Origin: Ramazzottius varieornatus
Lineage: Eukaryota; Animalia; Tardigrada
Assembly (NCBI GenBank): GCA_001949185.1
Contig: BDGG01000007.1
Span: 1,632,730-1,696,729, forward strand
DNA: 64,000 nucleotides
Direction of reading: 5' to 3'
Part shown: piece after piece, positions 1 to 10,598 of the stretch
Position numbering within the stretch: the stretch's first letter is position 1
Layout: the number at the start of each line of letters is the position of its first letter
The notes under the pieces: generated by a model
The model's input: the letters and a program-made list of their open reading frames with translations, nothing else
Database searches by the model: none
What the model was told of the DNA's origin: nothing
Program-made: the position numbers and the translations under genes

Positions 1-66
1 CATCGGTGCGCAGAAAGCCACTCGGACAACCCATTCCGCAAGGAGAAATACCAGCGCCCTCGCCAT
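1..66 (-). CDS. 5' end of a probable secreted protein running off the window edge
   Basis: ATG at 66 (minus) reads MARALVFLLAEWVVRVAFCAPM, signal-peptide-like; TATAAA on minus at 237-242. Confidence 0.4.
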   Translation of the reverse strand, partial: MARALVFLLAEWVVRVAFCAPM

Positions 67-236
67 TAATCCCCGATCGATCGATCCCAGCCAGAAAATC
101 TTCAACAACAGAAAAGTGACCACTTGTTTTTCACTTCTAAAATATTCTGTAGAAAATTATCTGAATAGTTTCCGAAATATTCTGCAGAAAATCGATTGAA
201 TATATTTTCCGCGGGGCGGATACGCAGGCGTCGAGC

Positions 237-242
237 TTTATA
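237..242 (-). promoter_or_regulatory. Candidate TATA box
   Basis: TATAAA on minus strand about 170 nt upstream of the ATG at 66. Confidence 0.35.
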
Positions 243-1046
243 GGGCTCGGGAGTCAACAAGTGCTTCACCAGATTGTTCCATATAGTGTGCAACGGCCAG
301 CAAGGCCACCGACAAACAGTTGCATACCTTCCGTGGGGGAAAATACTCCAAAGGCTGACTTCACATTACCACGACGGCTTTGTTGTATCTCTTGTCAAGA
401 TCCGCACAAAGAAAAATATCAGCACTTGGCCAACATGTCCAATATTGTGGGGAATTTTGCGAATCAGCCTGCAACAAGACACAACCTATTGACTTTCGAC
501 TTGCTGCGTTCTTCAAAGTATTGTTGGACGAAAGAGAAAAATACTTCCGACAGGAGAGAGCCAGCTGAAAGGCTGCGCAACTTACTAGCCAGCTGTTGCT
601 CAAGCAGCAAGGAAGCTATGTACCGACAGTTCGTCAGTAATAATAGCGGAGAACCTAACTGAAAAAAAGCCAAAATTTCACACCTGAACCAAAAGATGCA
701 GTGACATTGCTTTATGCGTACAGTAGATCACAAAAACAATAAAGACTTTCACCTAACAATAAGATGGAAACAAGAAAAAGAAGCTTGGAACGTCACAGCC
801 AGAATACTCCGAGTACTGCCACCTCACTGCACCGACAGATTGGTCTGCTAGATGATAAATATAATTATATGAGCTAACCTGAGTAAAAGACGGAAGCTTG
901 ACTAGGTTAGAAACAGAGGATAAAGACTAGAAAAGTCCAGACTGAAGGAGATCCAACAAAACAAAACGTCCTTTAAGATGGTAAAACAAAAAGAGCGGCA
1001 CCGGGACACCAGATTGACTGCCATGGCTCGTCCTTCTTGTCCAGAA

Positions 1047-3820
1047 TTAGGACAGGAGAGCGCTGATGAGGAGCGTGACGAAGGATAGGAGAAGAAGGAT
1101 CAAGGGTCCCCCTCCCGATGTGGCTGTAGCTGGTGACGACCACCACGAGCCGCCACCGCTGCTAACCTGTCCTCCCTGCGCTTGTAGCTTGTGCAACTGT
1201 CAAAGAAGGAGCAACAAAGAGTCAGTGTGCCTGTAGCATGCTCAGACAGGCCTTTAGACCACGGCCTCACTCACCGTGTCGTCATCCAGTTCTTTGGCGC
1301 ATAGATAGTAATTTCGAGCAAAGACATTGAGAGCCACCAAGTGCTCTTGCGTGCAGCCGCCTTGGTCATCCGTGTCGGGGATGCACTTGAACATGTCGGG
1401 GTTCAACTGGCGACTACAGGTAAAGGAATAGTGTAACAAAGAGCAACTAACAACATAATGATATGTATTTGGCCAGATGCGATGGATGCTTACTGGCAGA
1501 CTTCCTCGTTGCCAAAGACCGACTGCGGCTTGTCCAACTTCATCAGCTGGTCGGGACTGAGTGAGTAGTCCAGACAGGGCAGCACCTGCAGGTTGGTCGG
1601 AGGCTGACCTTCGCCTCTGGGCCGAGGAAGGCAGGCTTTGGCCGCCGTCACCACATCTACAACAGCAAACACAAGTCCACTAGTCAACCGGAAGTGGAGT
1701 ATACCCCGATGCGCCATGCCATCATCCATGCACAATACTCACCGGCAAGTCCATGCAAGTCGGCGCTGTTAGCGTATTGCTGGATGATGGCGCGCAATGC
1801 CGTTATCAAGGGCTCCTCCACCGTGCCACTGCTGACAGTCTTGGTCACATCGACATCCTACAAAGGCCAAACACGACCATCGTAAGCATGTGCAACTATA
1901 GCCATATTCAATAATTATATAATAGTGATAATTATGGCCAATGCAAAGTGGCCTTACCGCTGCGTTTTGAAAGTTGCAGATTGTCAGATCGTAGGTGGCC
2001 GGTATGGTGAAGATATCGGCGGAGCTGTTATACGTCTTGTAGCCTTCCGAGGCATTCTTGAAGAAGCCTTGCAGGAACCTACAGACAAGCGTGAAACACC
2101 TCCCTCATCATTCTACTGCCAGGCCACAGATTGCCTTGTGCCTTGTGCTTACTTGGCCTTGTCGATGGTACTGATGCCGGAGACGCTATCATTCATCAGG
2201 AACTGCAGAGCCATATTTGGCAGCTAAAAACCCAAGACAACGTCCGTGAGAGTGACCCATCAAAGTGCCATAAAAGCCTGGTCCAGGTACTTACCTCGGT
2301 GAATGGCAGTTCGCGGTTCCAGCGGGCCAAAGTGCACAAGTCCAGCTCTTTCTTGACAGCTGGCGTTACTGCTTGATTACCGGAGATTAAGGGCGATGGC
2401 GTGGTGGTAGCGTAATACTGGCCATACTGATCGCGATAGGGAACATAGGACTGGTAGGGCGAATAGCCGTAGCCGCCATAACCGTAGCCATACGGGTGAT
2501 ACAAACTACCCATCATCCTAAACCACCAAGCACATACCATAAGGGTCCGAGAGAGAGAGAGAGAGGCAGTGAGGACAGTGGCCTACCGGCCCATGTAGTA
2601 TCCTCCGATCAAGCCAGCTCCACCAGCCAGCAACAAGCTGCTGGCCCCAGAGGATGAGCGACCACCAAAGCCACCAGCACCCATGCCACCTCCGTAGTAG
2701 CTGTTGTAGGTGGGGGAGTAGACGACGGGAGTGGGCTGAGACTTAGCCGCCGTGGGAGTGTGGACTTGTGGTCGGGCTGCCGCACTGGCCCTGGCTGTGC
2801 CGGGGGAGGCCGCCACGCGGTTGTAGGTGCTGGAGGAACCGCGGTAGGCTGTGCCACTGGCACTACCCACTCGCCCGCTGGCCCCGTAACCACTACCCGA
2901 ACTGTAACCTACAAGGAGCGAGACAGCTTAAAGCCTACAAGGGCAAAGCTTAGGGACTAGACCTTAATTCTCACCGCTGGGGGCACTGCTGCCGTAAGCC
3001 GTTGAGCGAACTGCCGATGATGAGCTAGCTGTGCGCGACGATGAGGTGCGTGCCGCCGCGCCATAACTGCTGCGAGCGCTGGAGGAGGAGCGTCCACCAA
3101 AGCCGCCGCTAGCTCTTCCACCGCCTCCCCCGCCACCACGACCACCTACACCTTAAACCATAAGACTAGACCTCATCAGTCTGCTCTTGTCCAAGCAACG
3201 TCAGATGGATACACTCACCTTTAGCCAGTGATGGTCCGGGCCAGTACAGGATCGCCAGTAAGACAACACCTGCAACCAATAAGGCTGTAGTAATCCGCCG
3301 CTGACTTCAGTCACTTCAGCGCCCCAAAGTCTACTTTCAATTCTGTCGCCAACCAGCGTACGCTACGTGTAGACATGGACATGTAACCATAAACCTTATA
3401 TGCGGAACAGCGGAAACCTTCAGGAGACCAATGACGTCAAACTTTCATAAGCAGAGTACCGATATTCAAGCAACATCTATTTAACCCTGCCGACGAAAAT
3501 GTTTAGTCTTTCTCCTGCGCAATGACGGTATCTCCACCCACAATGTTGCCTTTAAAGTCCAGTGTTATTCTACTACGACAGTAGAATTGATAGAGAAGCC
3601 AGCTCCAATGCCAAGTCTACGGCTACAGCGGCCAGCATCAAAATTAAACGCCAGCTAAAGCTAGGCCGTGGTTTAATTTTGGTGCAGGCCGCTGTAGCCG
3701 CACTGCGGCTGGACTCTATCAATTTTACTGTCGTAGAAAAATAAGAGTGCTTTCAAATGTTACGAAGAGATACTCACCGAGAGACACCAGGCATATTGAC
3801 GATGAAGATATTCGCAACAT
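1047..3820 (-). CDS. Secreted, probably GPI-anchored Gly/Ser/Tyr-rich protein with Cys-rich C-terminal domain (PrP/Shadoo-like architecture), 11 exons, about 520 aa
   Basis: GT-AG splicing keeps frame from ATG 3820 (MLRISSSSICLVSLGVVLLAILYWPGPSLA|KGGRGG...) to TAA 1047-1049; hydrophobic tail GPLILLLLSFVTLLISALLS; 8 Cys; NDS/NAS/NSS sequons. Confidence 0.8.
2549..2564. repeat. (GA)n microsatellite in an intron
   Basis: gagagagagagagaga run; forms a pyrimidine tract on the coding (minus) strand. Confidence 0.8.
3573..3736. mobile_element. Palindromic MITE-like element in intron 1 of the GPI-protein gene
   Basis: Arm ctacgacagtagaattgatagag pairs with ctctatcaattttactgtcgtag (1 mismatch); inner arms cggctacagcggcc..caaaattaaac / gtttaattttgg..ggccgctgtagccg; no clear TSD. 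Confidence 0.65.
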
Positions 3821-5211
3821 AATTGCGGCAAGCGGGCAAAAGGAGAACTGCAATAACAAACAGAGTCGCAAGTCAGAGACAAGGTGATGCCCTATTTGTC
3901 TTGCGGCATTTTAGACGAGCAGATGCACTTGGTACTTACTGGGTATAGCAGATGACGTTACGGGATCGTTCAGAAGACGATAAGGAAAGCCGTCTCAGAT
4001 AAAAGGGTGGTTTATCATCCAGTCCGATTTTTCTTTCTGCCTTCATCCAACCGCCATCGACGACATTCTAGCAGCAGGCAGCAGGTACAGCGAAGATGCA
4101 CAGGAACGTGGGCGTAGACAGATCAAGATGGTATTACGACTTAGGAGGAAGTGTTGGACTTGAGTCACTTGATCAAGTTGCGAAGCTGTCAACAAATGAA
4201 TATATTTATGCAATATAAGAGCGTTCAAGGGAACTTGTTACGGGCACATGTGTCGCTTGACGTCATCGTTCGAAGACGGGCCGATCCATTGATCAGTGAA
4301 TCAAGACGGCCAGCTCATTGACGGACAAAGAAAGAATGATTCAATCCCAACATCTGGCCTCAATGTCTTGGCAAGCCTGATGTCATAAATCACCACCAAG
4401 ATTTATTGTCCAACGATGATCTCATGGCCAGCACCTACCGCAAGCCACAAGATTGCTGGCTGCACTTCGGGCTTGGCTGAAACCCCGCACGAGGGTCCCC
4501 ACGCAGTGCCACACTGCTCCTTGAGGCTTTTGACCACTGGCCGATAGGGTCGAGGCAGGCTGTCTTAACTTTGCCACACAGACAAGTCGAGCACAACCCT
4601 ATCCTTTTGATTCTCTAAATGAGTTGATTGATGAGAGCTTGTTTGAGGGCTGTTAGACAGTTATTACTTATATGAAACGTCTGGGTAGCTTGACGGGCAG
4701 GCAGTTATATCCAAGTTGGAACATTTACGTCGCCTGGACGGTAGTTACAGCAAGTTACCATTCCCTTGCAGGTAAGCATGTAGAAGGAACTGCTGTATCC
4801 TCTGACATGCCACTGATGGCGCAATTGTTGAACTTCAGCATGAACTGCGAACTGTGGAGTGCAGCAGATCGAGCAGATGAGTGCCTTTGAGTCCTACAAA
4901 CGACTTGTGCCTCTGTGTGCAGTGAAAAGTGGTGTGTTGCTGGGACTACTACCGGGAAGAATCAGCCACACTACAGCGGACGCTGCATTTTCCTCTGCTG
5001 TCGTCAGCGATCTTACCCCTATTTGTCAAATTTCTGCTGGCTCATCACAGCCCATCTTCCACAACATTTATGCTTTGGAGAAGCTGAGAGCGGGCATTTG
5101 ATACTTCACCTACAGGTGGCTACCCATCGGGGATCCGGCATCCGGCAACTGTACTGTACTACTGTAATGCATTAAGTGCTCACCAACGTCGCAACTTCTC
5201 TTTCCAAAGAG

Positions 5212-5753
5212 TAGTGTTGTCGTAGTTCGCTTCACTAAACGGTTAGTCGCGACTTAAGTCGTGTAAAGTCGCGACTCGAAAGTCGTTTTGCATTTCGCTC
5301 AACCGTTTTCCAAAACGGTTAACCGCACTAATCAAACGACTTTGATTATTTATTGACCACGAGATTTCCTGCCAAAAATCAAAAAAACTTCCGAAATTCG
5401 AACTGATATTGACATAACAAACAGTTATGAACTAGCCTGCCCTGATTACATCAAATAATTACATATGGCCGATAAATTTGAGCAAGAACATGGTAAGACC
5501 ACCGATCTATTTACCTCGAACTTGCTGCATCCTTTGCACTCCGACAGAGGTGAGCTTTAAAGTTAAAATGCGTCTAGACCAGTTAGGCCGGAACACCTCG
5601 GAAGATATTTTGATTGATTTGGAGGACACTTCCTGTCTTATAAGTCGTTTGAAAGTCGACTAAAGTCGTTTTGCAAAACGGTCAATCGTTTTGCAAAACG
5701 CCTTTCGCGGTCAACCGAGTTAAGTCGAGCTAAGACGAACTACGACAACGCTA
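5212..5753. mobile_element. Non-autonomous hAT element (542 bp)
   Basis: 18-bp TIRs TAGTGTTGTCGTAGTTCG / CGAACTACGACAACGCTA (1 mismatch); perfect 8-bp TSD CCAAAGAG at 5204-5211 and 5754-5761; subterminal AAGTCG repeats. Confidence 0.9.
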
Positions 5754-6745
5754 CCAAAGAGAATACGACATCCAAGTTTCATCTGTGTAAAGCCAGGTGG
5801 ATATAACGCTGTATTTGCTGACGTCATACGCCACTTACTTCCAGACCGCGGTACAGTCAGGTCCTGACTGTTTCCAGCCAACTGGGCGCTTCGTATGCGG
5901 TACTTCGTGCGATCAACTCGCAGCCAGCTGAAGTATACTATACCACATATCGGTCGGTAGGCCAAGCGAACACGACCACAGAAGACGCACACCCGGCAAT
6001 TAAGCTGTGACAGGAACACAGTAGCAACCTTTGCTACGCCAACCGGTTTTTCCTCCCTGTTGTTGACATCAAAAATACAAGAAGCACTTGGGTCGCCGTC
6101 GAGCAGGAAAGACGCTGCATTTCACCACAAGGCAGTCGACGCAGTCACCAGCGCGGATCAGCCCACACCGATAAGAGCTGGCCTTTCTTCTGCCGATACA
6201 AGACTGAAAGGCTCCTATAGCTTAGTTTGTACGTCAGATTGCCGCTTGGCCGCTGTTAGGAAGAAGAGCCAGCAATCACTACTTGGCAAAAGCAATCGAC
6301 TACAACGACGACGTCTTTCCGCTCTGTAGGGGCTGCCGCACTTTGGACAACGTCACCACTTGCTACTCTCCTCCGCAACGCAATCTCATTTTCCGTCGGC
6401 ACAGCGCAAGGAGGATGCGGCAGTTTCATCTTCATGAGTGGATGCTATATTAAACTGCTATCCAATTATTAAGGCTGGGAAGAATATCATCGATAGCACT
6501 GCTGACGTCGATCCCTTTCATCGCTCCAGGTACCAACGCTTGCTCAGTTTAACCCCGCCATTCACGCTGTCCATGATGGCCAATATTTGCCAACTACTTG
6601 TTTCTTCTGAGCAGCCAAGCGACACTCATCCTCTTGCAAACGCTGGCCTGTAACATCGCCATTATTATAATTGACATTCTATCGGCCGGCGGAATTGCCA
6701 CTTGTTCTTCTCGTTCTTGTAGGAAAGCCCTTCTACCGCTTGGAA

Positions 6746-8752
6746 ATGACTACAGAGACTATCGTACAGCAACGGACGGCCTCGACCACGCGGACGCTGA
6801 AGGAGAACGCACCCAAGGCTGCGGTGGAGAAGGAGAAGCCTGAAGAAGTCAAAAAGGCCGTGGCGGCGCTCAAGGCTGATCGCGATGTCGTACGCGGCTT
6901 TCCTGTCACGACGCCCTTGATTGCGGGTCTCAAGTGCTTCACATGGGAGGAAGTGGGCCAGCACAATAGCCAAGAAAGCTGCTGGTGCTACATTAACAAC
7001 AAAGTCTACGACATCACGACATGGCTGGACAGACACCCGGGCGGAAAGAAGGCGCGTCACCATACCCATTTTCAAAACTATACTCACAAAGCCACAAGAT
7101 ACTGTAGGTCTCTCTCTGTCTTCTTGCAGGTGCTACTGTTAGCGGCTGGGCGTGACTGCACGGACCTCTTCATATCGTACCATCCCTTCACGGAGAAGCC
7201 GGCCCAACTCTTGGCCAAATACTGCATCGGCCAAGTGACCACCACCGAGTTCCCCCAGTACCAGCCCGACTCGGGCTTTTACAAGGAAGTGCGTCAGAAG
7301 GTGGCTGAATACTTCAAGGAGAACAAGCTGGTCAGTAAAGACGCCAAGCCGGGTTTGGTCCGCTTAGGCTTCATACTGCTGGTTGCCGCCCTGGCTTACT
7401 CCTTACTAGTCTATGATGGGGGAAGTCTGTCCTGGAGCATCAAACTGCTAGCGGCCATTGTCTTTGGTGTAGCCCAGAGCCTGTGCCTTATGCACGCCAT
7501 GCATGACGCCAGCCATTCAGCTATAGGCCCCAACGAAACCTGGTGGAATTTTGTTGGCAAGTTTTGCCTGGACTGGTTTGCCGGAGCGTCCATAAACTCA
7601 TGGCACAACCAACACATTCTCGGTACGTGTCAAACAGGACGGCCAACGCACACAACACGACAGCTTTTTCGAGGTGGCGCACGCGTCCGCCCTACGGCAC
7701 GGGAAGTGTGCGCTACTTGGTACAAGAATCTTGTGGAGCTTGTTGCTCCACGTGGCGCACGGGCTCGGTGTTGCTGGCTGTAAACGTGCGCCGCTGGCGG
7801 AAATAAGTCTGGTCGAGTTGGTTCGCCGAGCGTTCAGTCATCTTCCCCGATAGTTGCTTCATTAAACCCAGGTTTGTCTTTTGCAGGTCACCATATTTAC
7901 ACCAATGTGATGGGTGTGGACCCAGACTTGCCGGTGGAGAAAGAAGGCGACATTCGACGAGTGTGTTGGCAGCAGAAATGGGCGCCAGCCTATCGTTTCC
8001 AGCACGTCTACCTGTGCGTGCTCTACGGCTTCCTGGCTCTCAAGTTTCGCATCCAAGACATTACGTCCACCATAATTGACCATTCCAACGGCAACATTCG
8101 TGTCAACGATCTGGGCTGGAAGGAAACTACCGGCCAAATTCTCAGCAAGGTATATCAGTGTATTCTCTGCCTTCCCTTGCGTTCTGGCAAAAACTGATCG
8201 TTCTTGTTATTCCAGCTCGTCTGGCTAAGCTGGCGCTTCATCCTTCCTGTGACTGTCTTCCACGTCGCTCCCCTTCCTTTCTTGTGCCTATTTCTCCTGA
8301 TAGAATTTGTGACGGGCTACTTTCTGACATTCAACTTCCAAGTCAGCCATATCAGTCCGTTGGCCGAGTTTCCCGATGGTCAGGGAGCTTCCTTTGTCAA
8401 CGAGTGGGCGCAGGTACGGTGTACGCGTACATGAGCATCAAACTCCATCTAGAACAGAGCTTGCTCATAAGCAGTTGCATTTCTCTAGTCCCAGCTGAAG
8501 ACGACGGTCGACTACGCCTATCATTCTTGGCTGACCACCTTTCTGACCGGCGCACTCAACTACCAGAGCGTCCACCATCTCTTCCCCTCTGTCAGCCAGT
8601 ACCACTACCCCGCCATCGCCCCCATCGTCAAACAAGTCGCCGAAAAGTGGCAAGTCCCCATCAATTACCTGGACACCTTCAGCGAGGCCGTCGCCATGCA
8701 TTTGAAGCACCTACAAGCCATGGGTGTTCACGAAGTCCTTCATCACCATTAA
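6746..8752 (+). CDS. Cytochrome b5-fused front-end (Delta5-type) fatty acid desaturase, copy 1, 5 coding exons
   Basis: HPGG heme motif; His boxes [22 protein letters not shown]; ends VLHHH-stop at 8750-8752. Confidence 0.92.
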
Positions 8753-10598
8753 AAAGCGCGCACAACGACTCTCTACACCAAGTGCCACACATGTACACTT
8801 GCTTGTCTCCATTCTTCCAGCAATCTCAAGGGAAACGAATGATTTGAACTATTCTTAATTTATCTGTCTACCCGAGATTGTCAATACCAAAAACATAAAC
8901 AAACAATTTCGCCGGTGAGTTTGGTGATGGCGCTTCCCTTGATTGCTGTTCGCTAAGACGTACCTCGGTGAATTAGCGTTCTAGGAGCAATACCGACTGG
9001 CGGCACTACCTAACCTCAAAACTTGTGTCCAGCGAGCGACGATTGCTTGTGACTGTCATGAGCGCTGTGCGGAGTTTGACGATGCTCGTTTGTATCAATA
9101 AAACAGCGAGCGGAAACGCCACCCCGAAGAATCCGATCCAATCGTCCGCATATACTCTGCGCAAAGACTACACGCTAACACAGCCGGGAAGTTTGTTGGC
9201 CCAAGAAGGCGGTTGTTATTCCTGCCAGGCTAGATAGATTACTACCGGACCAAAGTTCCCTGTCCCAAAAAGGCGCCTTGTTCTGATCGCCAGGGTAGGA
9301 AAATAGTAAGTCAATGTCGAGCCGCAACGCACAAGCGTTATCACAGTTTGAGCGACGGGCCGATCTTGACCGTCAACGCCATTCGCAAAACCACATCAGC
9401 AGACACTTACTTATCCAGGACAATTTTTACGTTGTTCTATCGCCAACGGCAGTGTGCCCTCACCGTCTTACGGCAGAGAGCAAAGTGCAGAAGAACAAAG
9501 GCCGGAAGTTCTGATATGGCCAACAGCTCCTGCACATCGCCAACCTGTCAAGCTGGTAGCCGAGAAGAACTTCCGACACCTCTCAGAGTGCTTCACCAGT
9601 TTCCGGGAAAGATGACACAGAACAAACTTGTCATTCTTATTCAAGGTCGCGACCGCTACACAAGCTTGTTTACAAGCCTCTATTGTCCGCCATGATTGTC
9701 TGCATGGGCCTCTTCCATCACATCGAAGACCCAAAGTCAACACACAGGTCCCCCTTTCCACAGAAAGAAAATCGATGAGTAGTTCCAGTGAAAACAACCT
9801 GATGGTTCGATCGACGCTAACTGCCCAACAAAGAGGCTCCACAGCAGGCAGCCTTCTCATCAACAAAACCATGTTATGCTTCATAGCCCTCAGCCAGCAC
9901 AAGTTCCCCTGAATTGAGCGGTTGTGGTCACAGCGGAGTTCCCTGCGATCGATACTATCACCAATCATGTCTATTTGTACAGCTGCCCAGCTACTGAGCC
10001 TGCGGCCATGCACAATGCGCCATCCTCCAAATGGATGCATACTTATTCAAGGTCTTCAATGCCGCCTCTGCGTGATGTACGCGGCCTTACACGTGCCGTC
10101 TTGCCAACGTGATGGCAGAGCCTTTCCACCGTCCAATATCCGGTTATAGTTAGTCATTATCTACTCGCTGCATCGTCACCCCATTTTGCGATGCCGCGTT
10201 AGCAGTACGTCGGCGCGTACCGCGAACTTGCTCTTACGTACGAGTAATGTGCCAGTCTTCGGCAGGGACCTATAGGCCTTGCAACAGCTGCAAGAGTTCC
10301 TGCCAAAGTGGTAGGCTGTTGGGCACTTGACAAGCGCCCTTTAGCCTTTTGCACTTCTATAATATTCGCGGCCACAGTGGTATCATGCACTACCTTTCGG
10401 CGAAACTTCTTTCAACAGTGCACTTTGCCGTCTGTGTACCGTGCCATTAACAACTTTGCAAGTCAGGTAACGTCTTGTTACTCACTTGCCAACGTGGTTT
10501 CTCGCCGGCTGCACCCTGGCAATGCCGCTCTGACTGTCTACTAGTGGACGTTGTTGTTTTCTTACCGGATTATCTGTGGATGCTGGTAAGGAGGCAGA

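Noticed and set aside
140-192. Duplicated AATATTCTG(T/C)AGAAAAT motif as heat-shock elements
   Set aside because: TTC-GAA spacing is 4 nt rather than the 2 nt of an HSE, and it lies in the probable 5' UTR
9468-10040. 190-aa minus-strand ORF between the desaturases
   Set aside because: No recognisable motif, splice partners or protein-like composition
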